Numbered from the stretch's first letter, positions 39,409-51,056 are shown. The stretch is 61,301 nt of DNA from Methyloprofundus sp. (GCA_013138595.1 WTCM01000074.1:1-61301), one strand, 5' to 3'. Translations and numbers: made by a program. Notes: a model not told the origin generated them from the sequence alone.

Positions 39409-40242
39409 ATGGACTTTAGTATTTTATTAGTAGGTCACGGCTCTAGGGCTGGGCAAGGGAATGTAGAAATTAATGCTTTTGCTGAATTATGGCGCTCGCA
39501 ACATCCTGAATGGCATATCGATGTTTGTTTTATTGAATTTGCAGATATTTTATTAGATGCAGGATTTGATCTTGCTGCTAAAAAATCACAGAAAGTGATT
39601 GTGGTACCGCTTATTTTAAATGCAGCGGGGCATGTGAAAATGGAGATTCCAGAGCACCTAGCAAAGGCAAGAGAACGCCACCCCAGTGTTGAGTTTATCT
39701 ATGCAACGCATATTGGTGCAAATAGTGGAATACTCAGTATTATGCAACGCAGTCTGCAAAAAGTGATGGCTGGGCTTGCATCGCCTGACCCTAAAAATAC
39801 TGGGGTAATTATTCTAGGGCGCGGCTCTTCGGATCGCATTGCAAATGGCGAAGTGGCAAAAATGTCACGCTGGTTATGGGAAGAGACCGCACATGAACTG
39901 GTAGACATTGCCTTTACAGGGATTACTTTTCCGCGCTTAGAGACGGCGGTGCAACGCCAAGTTAAATTAGGTATGACACAAATTTGTATCTTGCCTTATT
40001 ATTTATTTACAGGCACTCTGATTGAGCGTATCGATAAGCAATTTGAGCGTTTACAGCAGCAATACCCACGCATTAGTTTTGGCTTGGGGCATTATTTTGG
40101 TTTTGAGCCTGAAATTTTTACGATTTTAGATGAGCGTGTTTTAGCACTTGTGGGCGCGCAAGCCTCTACACAAATGATGGAGTGTGATGGCTGTGAGTAT
40201 CGACAAATTGCACAAGAGCATGGGCACGGACATCAGCATTAA
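39409..40242 (+). CDS. cbiX: Sirohydrochlorin cobaltochelatase, long form
   Basis: VGHGSR, AGHVK.EIP, GRGSSD, MxCDGC and a His-rich tail. Confidence 0.9.
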   Translation: MDFSILLVGHGSRAGQGNVEINAFAELWRSQHPEWHIDVCFIEFADILLDAGFDLAAKKSQKVIVVPLILNAAGHVKMEIPEHLAKARERHPSVEFIYATHIGANSGILSIMQRSLQKVMAGLASPDPKNTGVIILGRGSSDRIANGEVAKMSRWLWEETAHELVDIAFTGITFPRLETAVQRQVKLGMTQICILPYYLFTGTLIERIDKQFERLQQQYPRISFGLGHYFGFEPEIFTILDERVLALVGAQASTQMMECDGCEYRQIAQEHGHGHQH

Positions 40243-40277
40243 ATTTAACATTCACTTTTTAATTTACTAAGGTTTAT

Positions 40278-41345
40278 ATGATACTGGTGACGGGCGGCGC
40301 AGGATTTATTGGCGCAAACTTTGTATTAGATTGGCTTGCTGAAAGCGATGAGCCTGTGATTAATCTGGATAAATTAACTTATGCAGGGAATTTAGAGAGT
40401 TTGGCAAGTTTGCAGGACGACCCTAGGCATATTTTTGTACAGGGAGATATTGCAGATAAAGAATTGCTTAAGCAATTATTAAGCAAATACCAGCCACGAG
40501 CGATTATTAACTTTGCCGCAGAATCTCATGTAGATCGCTCTATTCATGCCCCAGAGGAATTTATACAAACCAATGTGATGGGTACGTTTCATTTATTAGA
40601 GGTGACTCGGCATTATTGGGAAGGTCTTGAGGCAGGGGATAAAGAAAACTTCCGCTTTTTACATGTGTCCACCGATGAAGTGTATGGTTCTTTGCATAAA
40701 ACAGAGCCCGCTTTTACGGAAACGCACGCTTATCAGCCGAACAGCCCTTATTCAGCAAGTAAAGCGGCCAGTGATCATTTGGTGCGTTCCTATTATCACA
40801 CCTATGGTTTACCTGTTTTAACCACCAACTGTTCTAATAATTATGGGCCTTACCATTTTCCTGAAAAGCTGATTCCTTTAGTGATTGTCAATGCCCTAGC
40901 AGGCAAGCCTTTGCCTATTTATGGTGATGGTCAGCAAATACGTGATTGGCTATATGTCAAAGATCATTGCAGTGCGATTAGGTGTGTTGTAGAGGCTGGG
41001 CAGTGTGGAGAAACCTATAATGTTGGCGGTTGGAATGAAATGCCTAATATAGAAATCGTGCAAACCGTCTGTACTTTATTGGATGAGCACTCGCCACGAG
41101 CGGATAAGCAAAAGTATGCACAGCAGATTAGTTTTGTCACCGATCGTTTGGGGCATGATCGCCGTTATGCGATAGATGCACAAAAAATACAGCGTGAGTT
41201 AGGCTGGAAACCGCAAGAAACCTTTGCAACAGGTATTCGTAAAACAGTGCAATGGTATTTAGACAACCAAACTTGGCTTGCAAATGTACAGTCAGGTGCT
41301 TATCGTGAATGGCTAGATAAAAACTATCAAGGGCGAGAAGTATGA
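40278..41345 (+). CDS. rfbB: dTDP-glucose 4,6-dehydratase
   Basis: [31 protein letters not shown] and YSASKA. Confidence 0.96.
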   Translation: MILVTGGAGFIGANFVLDWLAESDEPVINLDKLTYAGNLESLASLQDDPRHIFVQGDIADKELLKQLLSKYQPRAIINFAAESHVDRSIHAPEEFIQTNVMGTFHLLEVTRHYWEGLEAGDKENFRFLHVSTDEVYGSLHKTEPAFTETHAYQPNSPYSASKAASDHLVRSYYHTYGLPVLTTNCSNNYGPYHFPEKLIPLVIVNALAGKPLPIYGDGQQIRDWLYVKDHCSAIRCVVEAGQCGETYNVGGWNEMPNIEIVQTVCTLLDEHSPRADKQKYAQQISFVTDRLGHDRRYAIDAQKIQRELGWKPQETFATGIRKTVQWYLDNQTWLANVQSGAYREWLDKNYQGREV

Positions 41346-42253
41346 AAATACTTTTATTCGGTAAAAATGGTCAAGTTGGCTGGGAGTTGCAGCGTAGTTT
41401 AGTGTCGTTGGGAGAGCTGATTGCACTGGATCAAAATAGCCAAGATTATTGCGGAGATTTGACTGATTTACAAGGCTTGGCAGAGACAGTTCAGCAAATA
41501 AAACCTGATATTATTGTCAATGCCGCAGCTTATACAGCGGTGGATAAAGCACAAAGTGAGCCTGAATTAGCGCGACTGATTAATGCGGATGCAGTGGCAG
41601 TTTTAGCGCAAGAGGCTAAAAAAATAGCCGCTTGCTTAGTACATTATTCGACGGATTATGTGTTTGATGGCAGTGGTACAGTCGCTTGGCAAGAGGCGGA
41701 TATGACAGCTCCTCTTAATATTTATGGCGTTACCAAGTTAGCAGCTGAGCAAGCAATACAAGCTTCTGGCTGTCAGTACCTTATTTTTCGTACCAGTTGG
41801 GTGTATGCGACACGTGGCAATAATTTTGCTAAAACCATGCTACGACTTGCGCAAGAGCAAGAGAGTTTAAGTGTGATTGATGATCAAATCGGCGCACCCA
41901 CAGGCGCTGATTTGCTTGCCGATGTGACTGCTCTGGCGCTTTATAGGTTACAAACACAGCCAGAGCTTTCAGGTTTATATCACTTGAGCGCTGCGGGTGA
42001 AACCTCTTGGTATGGTTTTGCACAGTTAGTGATTACTTATGCAGAAAAAAAAGGGTTTGCGTTAAAAGTGTTTGTAGCAGATATTAACGCAGTTTCTAGC
42101 AGTGAGTTTTCGACAGCGGCACAACGCCCCTTAAACTCGCGTTTAAACAGTGAACAATTACAAACAAACTTTTGCTTAACATTGCCTGTATGGGATGTGG
42201 GAGTATTACGGATGTTAGAAGAAGTAATGGAGGACTCAAATGACACAGCGTAA
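41342..42253 (+). CDS. rfbD: dTDP-4-dehydrorhamnose reductase
   Basis: [25 protein letters not shown] and YG.TK. Confidence 0.95.
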   Translation: MKILLFGKNGQVGWELQRSLVSLGELIALDQNSQDYCGDLTDLQGLAETVQQIKPDIIVNAAAYTAVDKAQSEPELARLINADAVAVLAQEAKKIAACLVHYSTDYVFDGSGTVAWQEADMTAPLNIYGVTKLAAEQAIQASGCQYLIFRTSWVYATRGNNFAKTMLRLAQEQESLSVIDDQIGAPTGADLLADVTALALYRLQTQPELSGLYHLSAAGETSWYGFAQLVITYAEKKGFALKVFVADINAVSSSEFSTAAQRPLNSRLNSEQLQTNFCLTLPVWDVGVLRMLEEVMEDSNDTA

Positions 42254-43127
42254 AGGAATTATTCTTGCCGGTGGCTCGGGTACGCGACTGTATCCAGTTA
42301 CTAAGGCAATCTCTAAACAATTATTGCCTATTTACGATAAGCCGATGATTTATTACCCTTTAAGTACGTTAATGCTAGCGGGGGTGCGCGATATATTGAT
42401 TATTAGCACGCCGCAAGATACGCCGCGCTTTGAACAATTACTCGGTGATGGCAGTGATTGGGGGCTTAGTTTACAATATGCCGTACAGCAAAAACCTGAA
42501 GGGCTAGCGCAAGCCTTTAGTATTGCTAAAAACTTTATCGATAATAAGCCGTCGGTTTTAGTGCTGGGCGATAATGTTTTCTATGGGCATGATTTAGTTA
42601 AATTATTGAGTAATGCTTCAAGTAAAGAGCAGGGAGCGACAGTCTTTGCTTATCATGTACAAGATCCAGAGCGTTATGGGGTGGTTAGTTTTGATGCAAA
42701 AGGAGCGGCTACTGCGATAGCTGAAAAGCCCACTAAGCCACAAAGTAATTTTGCCATTACTGGCTTGTATTTTTATGACAATCAAGTGGTGGATATTGCC
42801 GCTAGTTTAAAACCTTCGGCGCGTGGCGAGTTAGAGATAACGGATGTGAATAAAATATATTTGGAACAGCAAGAATTGAGCGTGGAAGTGATGGGGCGTG
42901 GTTTTGCTTGGCTAGATACGGGGACACATGAAAGTATTAATGAAGCGAGTAGCTTTATTGAAACCATTGAGCGCAGACAAGGCTTAAAAGTCTCCTGTCC
43001 TGAAGAAATTGCTTTTCGTAGTGGCTTTATTGATGCTGAAAAGCTGTTGCAACTTGCCCAGCCTTTGGCTAAAAATGCCTATGGGCAATATTTATTACAA
43101 CTTGCACAAGGTGATCATTTTTTATGA
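42240..43127 (+). CDS. rfbA: Glucose-1-phosphate thymidylyltransferase
   Basis: [26 protein letters not shown] and WLDTGT. Confidence 0.97.
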   Translation: MTQRKGIILAGGSGTRLYPVTKAISKQLLPIYDKPMIYYPLSTLMLAGVRDILIISTPQDTPRFEQLLGDGSDWGLSLQYAVQQKPEGLAQAFSIAKNFIDNKPSVLVLGDNVFYGHDLVKLLSNASSKEQGATVFAYHVQDPERYGVVSFDAKGAATAIAEKPTKPQSNFAITGLYFYDNQVVDIAASLKPSARGELEITDVNKIYLEQQELSVEVMGRGFAWLDTGTHESINEASSFIETIERRQGLKVSCPEEIAFRSGFIDAEKLLQLAQPLAKNAYGQYLLQLAQGDHFL

Positions 43128-43669
43128 AGGCTGAACCAACAAGTATTGCTGATGTCGTTATTTTGCAACCCAAAGTTTTTGGAGATAGTCGTGGTTTTTT
43201 CTTTGAAAGCTTTAATCAACAAGCTTTTGAACAAGCAACAGGCGTAAAGACTCAGTTTGTACAAGATAATCATAGTCGTTCTGCGCAGGGTGTATTGCGT
43301 GGCTTGCATTACCAAGTGCAGCAAGCACAAGGAAAATTAGTGCGTGTGACACAAGGTGCAGTATTTGATGTGGTCGTCGATATTCGTCAATCTTCGGCGA
43401 CTTTTGGGCAATGGGTAGGAGTAGAGTTAAGTGCTGAAAATAATCAGCAATTGTGGATTCCAGCAGGCTTTGCGCATGGTTTTGTGGTGTTAAGCGAAAG
43501 CGCAGATTTTTTATATAAAACTACCGATTATTATGCACCCGAATTTGAACGGTGTATTGCATGGGATGATCCAGCGATTGGGGTGGATTGGAAGTATCAG
43601 GGAGAGCCTCAGCTTTCAGAAAAAGACCAATTAGGCGTGTTACTTAAAGATGCCGAATTATTTTCTTAA
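43124..43669 (+). CDS. rfbC: dTDP-4-dehydrorhamnose 3,5-epimerase
   Basis: [24 protein letters not shown] and GFAHGF. Confidence 0.96.
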   Translation: MKAEPTSIADVVILQPKVFGDSRGFFFESFNQQAFEQATGVKTQFVQDNHSRSAQGVLRGLHYQVQQAQGKLVRVTQGAVFDVVVDIRQSSATFGQWVGVELSAENNQQLWIPAGFAHGFVVLSESADFLYKTTDYYAPEFERCIAWDDPAIGVDWKYQGEPQLSEKDQLGVLLKDAELFS

Positions 43670-43717
43670 GTGCTAGCTTATATATTGATAGATTAAAACA
43701 TCTAGGAATAAAAATAA

Positions 43718-44764
43718 ATGAGTGACAAATGTATTTTAGTAACAGGTGGGGCGGGTTATATTGGTAGCCATGCTTGTATTGAATTATTGCAAGCAAACTA
43801 TAGGGTCGTTGTGCTGGATAATTTATCAAATAGTAAAGCAGAATCTTTGGCTAGGGTTGAAAAAATCACAGGGAAAGTGCCTGTTTTTATTCAGGGAGAT
43901 GTTCGTGATTCACAGGTTTTAAGTGATATTTTTACGCAATATGATATTTATGCAGTGATGCATTTTGCAGGGCTAAAGGCAGTAGGAGAGTCTTGTTTAT
44001 TGCCTACAAAATATTATCAAAATAATGTCGGTGGAACTTTGGTATTGGTTGAAGTCATGGCTAAATTTGGCGTTAAAAAAATAATTTTTAGCTCTTCGGC
44101 AACGGTTTATGGAGAGCCTGACACGGTCAAATATACAGAAACATTGCCTGTTTATGGGGCAACAAATCCTTATGGAAAGTCTAAGGCAATGTCAGAAGAT
44201 ATTTTAAAAGACTTGGCTGCCGCGGATGTTTTAGCAAATGATAAAATGCCTTGGAAAGTGATTCTATTGCGCTATTTTAACCCGATTGGTGCGCATATTA
44301 GTGGCTTAATAGGGGAAGATCCTAATGGTACTCCTAATAATTTAATTCCTTATGTATCGCAGGTTGCAGTAGGTAAGTTAGAGCGACTTTCTGTGTTTGG
44401 TGACGACTACCCAACAATAGATGGCACAGGCGTACGCGATTATATACATGTGGTTGATTTGGTCAAAGGACATTTAGCAGCTTTACAGTCATTTGAAGGT
44501 ATGTCGGGTTGTAAGGCGTATAACTTAGGCGCAGGAAAAGGCTATAGTGTTTTACAAATTATTGCCGCATTTGAACGACATACAGACAATAAAATTCCTT
44601 ATCAAATAGTGGCGCGTCGCATAGGCGATATTGCTGAAAATTATGCCGACCCTAGTCTTGCCTTACGTGAGCTAAATTGGCAAACAGAGAAAAATTTAGA
44701 TGATATGGTGTCTGATACTTGGCGCTGGCAAAGTCAAAACCCTAATGGTTACGAGGTCAACTAA
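43718..44764 (+). CDS. galE: UDP-glucose 4-epimerase
   Basis: GGAGYIGSH, HFAGLKAVGES, LRYFNP.GAH and RDYIHVVDL. Confidence 0.96.
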   Translation: MSDKCILVTGGAGYIGSHACIELLQANYRVVVLDNLSNSKAESLARVEKITGKVPVFIQGDVRDSQVLSDIFTQYDIYAVMHFAGLKAVGESCLLPTKYYQNNVGGTLVLVEVMAKFGVKKIIFSSSATVYGEPDTVKYTETLPVYGATNPYGKSKAMSEDILKDLAAADVLANDKMPWKVILLRYFNPIGAHISGLIGEDPNGTPNNLIPYVSQVAVGKLERLSVFGDDYPTIDGTGVRDYIHVVDLVKGHLAALQSFEGMSGCKAYNLGAGKGYSVLQIIAAFERHTDNKIPYQIVARRIGDIAENYADPSLALRELNWQTEKNLDDMVSDTWRWQSQNPNGYEVN

Positions 44765-45231
44765 TGGCTATTGAAATAGAACGTTAATTTTTACTCGCAA
44801 ATGATAACTGGCGCGCTTTAGTCTCTAAAAAAATCAATTATCGACAAGGCTATTTAAATAGTGATGCACATAGCTCGGTGAGAATTCGAGTCAGTGATGA
44901 TACGGCTAAGGTTAATATTAAAAGTGCCACGATAGGCGCGCAGCGACACGAATATGAATACGATATTCCAGCGGCGGATGCGCATGAGTTATTAGATACT
45001 TTGTGTCATAAACCCTTAGTTGAAAAAGTGCGTCACTTAGTGGTGATTGGCAAGCATACTTGGGAAATTGACGAATTTGCAGCAGATAATCAAGGTTTAA
45101 TTGTGGCAGAGATTGAGTTGTCGGCGGTGGATGAGGCTTTTGAAAGGCAAGATTGGGTGGGCGAAGAAGTCACTGAAGATATTCGTTATTATAATAACCA
45201 GTTATCCAAAACGCCTTTTTCACAGTGGTAA
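44764..45231 (+). pseudogene. CYTH-domain protein with a nonsense mutation at codon 8
   Basis: ATG overlaps the galE stop. MAIEIER*FLL has TAA (44785-44787) in place of the Lys of the EIERKF motif; the rest is in frame (RQGYL, VRIR, EYEY.IP, WEIDEF, AEIEL). Confidence 0.85.
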
Positions 45232-45399
45232 TATTACTATGGTGAATTTTTAGCAGGACAGGGAAGGCATAAGGAAGCGGTGTCATATTTTCAGCGTGCC
45301 TTGGCTGTACCTGTAAGGACAACACAGGTATTTGCTGATACACAATTGCATCAGCAGGTTAAAATGGCAATCATTGCAAATAAGCTAGCGAGTGATTAG
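45232..45399 (+). pseudogene. C-terminal fragment of a TPR-like protein
   Basis: Hand translation YYYGEFLAGQGRHKEAVSYFQRALAVPVR...* with no start codon. Confidence 0.45.
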
Positions 45400-45411
45400 T
45401 GGTGAGTTATG

Positions 45412-46764
45412 TTACTTATTTGGGTAGGGCTCATTTTGTGCGGGTTCTTGCATACGCATTAATACAATCACCAAGATAATCGCTGGCAAGCCCACCGATG
45501 AGGCATATAGAAAGAAAGAGGCATAGCCAAAGCTATCTACAATCAGGCCTGATAAGCCGCCCATTAATTTAGCGGGCAAGGTCATTAAAGAGCTGAATAA
45601 GGCATATTGCGTGGCCGTATAAGCACTATTGGTTAAGCTGGATAAATAGGCAATAAAAACCGAGGTGGCAATACCGCCACTAAGATTATCTGCGCTGATT
45701 ACTAGAGCTAAAAGTTTTAAATTCGGCTCAGAGACGGCAAGTAATACAAATAATAAGTTTGTACTTGCTACTAAGATTGCCCCTAGCAATAAAGGCTTCA
45801 TCAGCCCATAGCGTATCACTAAGACACCGCCTAAAACCGCGCCAAAAATAGTCATAAAAAAGCCAAATATTTTACTCACATCGGCAATGTCTGTTTTGCT
45901 AAAGCCTAAATCTAAATAAAAGGGATTCGCCATCACGCCCATGGTGATATCGCTCATCTTATAGAGCGCGATTAAAGCTAAAATCCAAATACCTAACTTG
46001 CCATTACGTACAAAGAATTCAGCAAAAGGAGCAATCACCGCGCCAGAAAACCATGCACTTAAGCGTTGAAATAAACTACTATGCGCTTGTACGCCTAATG
46101 TCGATTCAATTTTAGCTTCTAAATCAGCACTTGCCTGATTATCTTGATGTTTTGGTTCAGAGCTTACTAAAGTCGCGACCATACCAATAAACATAAACAA
46201 GGCCATAGCGGAATAAGCGGCATTCCAGCCGATATATTCAGCAATATAAAAAGCACCTGCGCCTGAGACTAATAAAGCAACGCGATAACCAAATACATAA
46301 GTTGCTGCCATTGCGGCTTGATATTCAGGCTCTATTGCCTCAATACGATAAGCATCAATAACAATATCTTGGGTGGCTGAGCAGAAAGCAATCCCTACCG
46401 CAGTCAGAGCAATGAGTTCAATCTGTGTTAATGGGTCTAATTCTGCTAACACCATTAAGCCTGCCGCAATTCCCACTTGTGCCAATAGCATCCAGCTACG
46501 CCGCTTACCTAAGCGTTTAGTTAAGAAGGGCAGGCGTAGTTTATCAATGACAGGGGCCCAAATAACTTTAATCGAATAAGTCAGCCCTACCCAGCTAAAA
46601 AAGCCGATCACTGATAAAGTAACGCCAGAATCTCTTAGCCAAGCAGACAGCGTAGAAAACACTAATAAAAAGGGCAGCCCTGCTGAAAAGCCTAGAAAAG
46701 ACATGCCTATCACTTGAGGGCGTAGATAAGCGGAAAATGATTGCTTCCAAGTGTGAGTTTTCAT
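45412..46764 (-). CDS. ampG: AmpG family muropeptide MFS permease
   Basis: LGFSAGLP, K..WAP.ID, G.RRSW, SATQDI.IDAYRIE and ATQYALFSS. Confidence 0.92.
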   Translation of the reverse strand: MKTHTWKQSFSAYLRPQVIGMSFLGFSAGLPFLLVFSTLSAWLRDSGVTLSVIGFFSWVGLTYSIKVIWAPVIDKLRLPFLTKRLGKRRSWMLLAQVGIAAGLMVLAELDPLTQIELIALTAVGIAFCSATQDIVIDAYRIEAIEPEYQAAMAATYVFGYRVALLVSGAGAFYIAEYIGWNAAYSAMALFMFIGMVATLVSSEPKHQDNQASADLEAKIESTLGVQAHSSLFQRLSAWFSGAVIAPFAEFFVRNGKLGIWILALIALYKMSDITMGVMANPFYLDLGFSKTDIADVSKIFGFFMTIFGAVLGGVLVIRYGLMKPLLLGAILVASTNLLFVLLAVSEPNLKLLALVISADNLSGGIATSVFIAYLSSLTNSAYTATQYALFSSLMTLPAKLMGGLSGLIVDSFGYASFFLYASSVGLPAIILVIVLMRMQEPAQNEPYPNK

Positions 46765-46792
46765 AAGGGTTAATGCCTTGAAATTTAGAAAT

Positions 46793-46827
46793 AAAAAAAG
46801 GGAGCAGAATTAAAATTCTACTCCCTT
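46793..46827 (-). terminator. Intrinsic terminator of nhaD
   Basis: Minus-strand AAGGGAGTAGAATT..AATTCTGCTCCCTTTTTTT. Confidence 0.8.
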
Positions 46828-46867
46828 AGATTAACTTATTTAAATATTTTTGCTTTTAAAGCTTCGT

Positions 46868-46948
46868 GTAGGATGGGCAAAGAGGCTTTATCTCGTGCCC
46901 ATCAAATATTCAAAGATGGGCACGTCGTACCTCCTTTGCCCATCCTAC
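46868..46948. repeat. REPIN-like element, family A variant
   Basis: GTAGGATGGGCAAAG...GTGCCCATC...GATGGGCAC...CTTTGCCCATCCTAC. Confidence 0.8.
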
Positions 46949-46956
46949 ATATTGGC

Positions 46957-48321
46957 TTAACCATTCACTAAGTAATGCACAAAAATACTCGCAAAATAAC
47001 CAATTGCAATCACTGGAGTCCATTTGATGTGACTGAAGAAAGTGTATTTATGGTTAGAAGAGCCCATTAATGCAACCCCAGCAGCAGATCCAACAGAGAG
47101 TAATGAACCACCCGTGCCTGCGGTTAATGTCACTAACAACCATTGGTATAAGTCCATATCAAGGTTCATGCTTAAGACGGCAAACATTACTGGAATATTA
47201 TCAACAATTGCTGAAATAATACCGACTAAGATATTTGCGGGTGTCTGGCCTAAACCGTCATACATACCTGCTGAAATTAATTCTAAGTAACCGATATACC
47301 CTAAACCACCGACAGCGAATACCACACCGAAGAAGAAGAATAAAGTATCCCACTCAGCATCACGTACTTTGTTGAAAATATCAAATTCATCATCTTTACC
47401 TGAGCTGTATAACGTTTTAAGTCTGAAGCCATAAACCATTAGTACGCCTAAGCCTAACATCATGCCCATAAATGGTGGAAGATGTAATACTTGCTTGAAA
47501 CTGACTGCCGCAACAATGGTTAAAAGGAATAAAACACACACTTGAATCGCGCCAGGTTTTAAGATAACCGCTTCTTCATTGGTTGCAACAGGTTGTTCAT
47601 CAGGAACCGCCATATACATAAAAGCCGCTGGAATCACGTAGTTAACAACTGAAGGGATAAAGAGTCTAAAGAAGTCAAAGAATTCTGCGTAACCTGCTTG
47701 CCATACCATTAAAGTGGTAATATCGCCGAAAGGGCTGAAAGCTCCCCCCGCATTCGCTGCAACGACTAAGTTAACAAAGCCAATCGCAACAAATTTTTCA
47801 TTATCTTTACCAACGGCTAAGACGACCGCACCGACTAATAAAGCCGACGTTAAGTTATCAGCGACTGCGGATAGGAAGAAAGTGATAATCCCTGTGATCC
47901 AGAAAAGTTGTTTATAGCTAAACTCTTTTCTAATCATCCACGAACGTAGTGCTTCAAACACATTACGTTCTGCCATTGCATTGATATAAGTCATCGCAAC
48001 TAATAAGAACAGCATTAAGGCGGCATATTCTTTTAAGTTAAACTCAAAGGCTTCATGCAAAGCTTCGGTAGAAACGCCAGCTTCTGCCGCTAAAACCGCC
48101 GCATGTGCCCAAATAATTGCCGCGGCAATAATAACAGGCTTTGATTTACGTAAGCCTGTAAACTCTTCCGCCATAACAAAACCATAGGCGATAATAAAAA
48201 TGAGCACGGAATATATTCCTCGCTCGGTTCCTGTTAACCCTAAGTTAACAATCTGCTCTTCAGCCATTGCCAGTTGCGGCATACTGAGTAGTGCAGCAAA
48301 AATCAGAAAAATACGTAACAA
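46957..48321 (-). CDS. nhaD: NhaD-type Na+/H+ antiporter
   Basis: KSKP, ADNLTSAL, AANAGGAFSPFGDITTLMVWQ, VDNIP and GGSLLSVGSAAGV. Confidence 0.92.
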   Translation of the reverse strand: MLRIFLIFAALLSMPQLAMAEEQIVNLGLTGTERGIYSVLIFIIAYGFVMAEEFTGLRKSKPVIIAAAIIWAHAAVLAAEAGVSTEALHEAFEFNLKEYAALMLFLLVAMTYINAMAERNVFEALRSWMIRKEFSYKQLFWITGIITFFLSAVADNLTSALLVGAVVLAVGKDNEKFVAIGFVNLVVAANAGGAFSPFGDITTLMVWQAGYAEFFDFFRLFIPSVVNYVIPAAFMYMAVPDEQPVATNEEAVILKPGAIQVCVLFLLTIVAAVSFKQVLHLPPFMGMMLGLGVLMVYGFRLKTLYSSGKDDEFDIFNKVRDAEWDTLFFFFGVVFAVGGLGYIGYLELISAGMYDGLGQTPANILVGIISAIVDNIPVMFAVLSMNLDMDLYQWLLVTLTAGTGGSLLSVGSAAGVALMGSSNHKYTFFSHIKWTPVIAIGYFASIFVHYLVNG

Positions 48322-48671
48322 AACAACCCCCTAGGCAGTATGACAAAGAATATTAAAGGCATATTCCTTGCTGTAATTTATAAATTATTTTTAGTTGTAG
48401 GATATTCAAAACCTAACCCAATATAATAACATTAACTAATTACATTGTCATTTAATCGCTGGCAGGATATACTTCACGCCGCCACAGTTGCCGTTTTTTA
48501 GCGGCCATTTTTTGCCGATAGCTGCGTTGATAAAACAGTTACGTAGCCAGCTATGCGCCTGTTTCATCGCCTTGCTCTCGACAAAAAATGACTCGCTATA
48601 AATTCGGCAACAGTCACCGCGTAAAGTATAATTAATAACTCTACTCAAAACGCTTATATAAGCGCATAAAT

Positions 48672-50327
48672 ATGTACCAATATACCGATAAAGATCAAAC
48701 TCTCATTGATGACCGCGTAAATCAATTTCGCGATCAAACCGAACGCTTTTTAAACGGCGAAATTGCTGACGATAAATATCGCGCATTACGTTTAATGAAT
48801 GGCGTATACATTCAAACCCATGCGCCGTTGCTGCGTATTGCTGGACCGTATGGCTTATTAGCGAGCAGACAAGTTAGAAAACTCGCCTCTATTGCGCGTG
48901 ATTACGACAAAGGCTATTGTCATTTTACGACACGTCAAAATATTCAATTTAACTGGCCTGCTTTAGAGCGTGTGCCTGATATTTTAGAAGAACTGGCCAG
49001 TGTGCAAATGCACGCGATTCAAACCAGTGGTAACTGCCTTAGAAATACCACCTCTGATCAACTCGCAGGCGTTGCGGCTGATGAGCTGGAAGACCCGCGT
49101 CCTTATTGTGAAATTATTCGCCAATGGACTATTTTGCACCCTGAATTTGCTTATTTACCACGTAAATTTAAAATTGCCGTCAGTGGTTCAGAGCAAGATC
49201 GTGCTGCGATTCGTTTTCATGATATAGGCTTGCAGCTGGTTGAAAATAAAAGCGGTGAAGTTGGCTTTAAAGTCTTTGTCGGCGGCGGTTTAGGGCGTAC
49301 CCCGATTATTGGCAAAGTGATTAAGCCGTTTCTTGAGAAAAAACATTTACTATCTTATCTGGAGGCAATATTACGGGTTTATAATTTATACGGTCGTCGT
49401 GACAATAAATATAAAGCACGGATTAAAATTCTAGTGAGAGAAGAAGGCTTAAAAGCAATTCGCGCTAAAGTGGATGCTGAATGGGCGATTATCAGCGATA
49501 AACTAGAGCTAGATGCACAGCGCATTACTGATATACAAGCGCAATTTACGCCACCTGCCTATCAAGCAGATGCTGCACAAGACGCCAGTTTTGCTGAGCA
49601 CTCTGCGAATAATGCAGAATTTGCATTATGGCTTAAGCATAATACCGCAGAGCATAAAGTCGCAGGTTATCAAGCGGCTTATATTTCTTTAAAAGCACCC
49701 GATAGCCCTCCAGGCGATTGTACTGACAGTCAATTAGATGCGATTGCAGATTTAGCCGATCAATACAGTTTTGGCATGGTACGCGCCACGCATAGACAGA
49801 ACCTTGTTCTAGCAGATGTGAAACAAGCAGATTTATTTGAACTATGGCAAAAATTGACAAATTTAGAACTAGCGACACCTAATATTGGTAAAGCGACCGA
49901 TATGATTTGTTGTCCAGGTTTAGATTTTTGTGGTCTAGCGAATGCAGGCTCTATTGGTGTCGCAAAAGAGATTAATGAAGTTTTAGAGTCGATGGATTAT
50001 GTGCATGATCTAGGTGATTTAAAAATTAATATCTCAGGCTGTATGAATGGATGTGCGCATCAAAGTGTCGGGCATATCGGTATTTTAGGCGTGGATAAAA
50101 AAGGTGTGGAATGGTATCAAATCACTCTAGGTGGTTCATCTGAAAATGATGCTGCTATTGGTCATCGTTTAGGCCCTGCAGTGAGTAAAGAAGATATTAC
50201 TCCAGTGATTAAAGTCATACTTGATGTCTATATAGAGCAGCGTTTAAGTGCAGAAGAAACCTTTCTTGCCATGGTTAGACGTGTGGGCGTAGCACCTTTT
50301 AAGGAGAAAACTTATGCAACTGATTAA
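48672..50327 (+). CDS. cysI: Nitrite/sulfite reductase hemoprotein (CysI-like)
   Basis: HFTTRQNIQ, LPRKFKIA, and the siroheme/Fe-S ligands CPG...C and SGCMNGC; paired with DUF934. Confidence 0.88.
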   Translation: MYQYTDKDQTLIDDRVNQFRDQTERFLNGEIADDKYRALRLMNGVYIQTHAPLLRIAGPYGLLASRQVRKLASIARDYDKGYCHFTTRQNIQFNWPALERVPDILEELASVQMHAIQTSGNCLRNTTSDQLAGVAADELEDPRPYCEIIRQWTILHPEFAYLPRKFKIAVSGSEQDRAAIRFHDIGLQLVENKSGEVGFKVFVGGGLGRTPIIGKVIKPFLEKKHLLSYLEAILRVYNLYGRRDNKYKARIKILVREEGLKAIRAKVDAEWAIISDKLELDAQRITDIQAQFTPPAYQADAAQDASFAEHSANNAEFALWLKHNTAEHKVAGYQAAYISLKAPDSPPGDCTDSQLDAIADLADQYSFGMVRATHRQNLVLADVKQADLFELWQKLTNLELATPNIGKATDMICCPGLDFCGLANAGSIGVAKEINEVLESMDYVHDLGDLKINISGCMNGCAHQSVGHIGILGVDKKGVEWYQITLGGSSENDAAIGHRLGPAVSKEDITPVIKVILDVYIEQRLSAEETFLAMVRRVGVAPFKEKTYATD

Positions 50328-50763
50328 AGATAAACAAGTGACCCAAGATGATTGGGCTTATATTGCTGATGATACCGCGCTAAACGCAGATTTTAATATT
50401 GTTTCTTTAGCACGTTGGGAGCAAGAGCGTGACGCTTTAACGCAAACACAAAACCTAGGTTTACGCTTAGAATCTGATGCTATCGTAGAAGACATGGTTG
50501 CAGATTTAGCTCATTTTCAGTTAGTTGAATTGCATATGCCTGTGTTTACCGATGGTCGTGCTTTTACTCATGCGCGATTATTACGTAGTCGTTACAGCTA
50601 TACAGGTGATATTCGAGTTAGCGGTGATTTTATGCGCGATCAAGTGTTCTATCTTAATCGTGTCGGTGTCAGTAGTTTTGCGCTAAATGACCAAGATAAT
50701 GCGCAGCAAGTGATTCAAGCTATGGGTGAAATTTCTATTGAATATCAGCAATCTATTGCATAG
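50314..50763 (+). CDS. DUF934 family protein
   Basis: P.FTDGRAF..ARLLR.RY.Y.G.IR..GD..RDQ. Confidence 0.9.
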   Translation: MQLIKDKQVTQDDWAYIADDTALNADFNIVSLARWEQERDALTQTQNLGLRLESDAIVEDMVADLAHFQLVELHMPVFTDGRAFTHARLLRSRYSYTGDIRVSGDFMRDQVFYLNRVGVSSFALNDQDNAQQVIQAMGEISIEYQQSIA

Positions 50764-50905
50764 CTAGTTGATTTTACATCGCTAAAATAGCTTTAGTTGA
50801 AGTACCTTTATATTGTTGTGGAATGAGTCGTGCGTTAGGTAAGTGGTTGTTTTCTTTGAGATAGAATTTGTGTGTGATTGAGAAATACTTGATAATAGAA
50901 ACTTT

Positions 50906-50921
50906 TGTGATCTATGTCTCA
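50906..50921. promoter_or_regulatory. CRP/FNR-family binding site
   Basis: TGTGA-TCTATG-TCTCA versus consensus TGTGA-N6-TCACA, about 135 bp upstream of the S-layer-like gene. Confidence 0.5.
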
Positions 50922-51056
50922 CCTTGTCATTAAAGCAATTTTAATTGCTGGGTAGAGAGTCCTAGATCATTATTTAGTTTTACTTATTAAAAAATAACAT
51001 TGTCGTGATATTAAAAATGACATCGTTAGCACACACAAAATTTAATAGAGGAAGGT

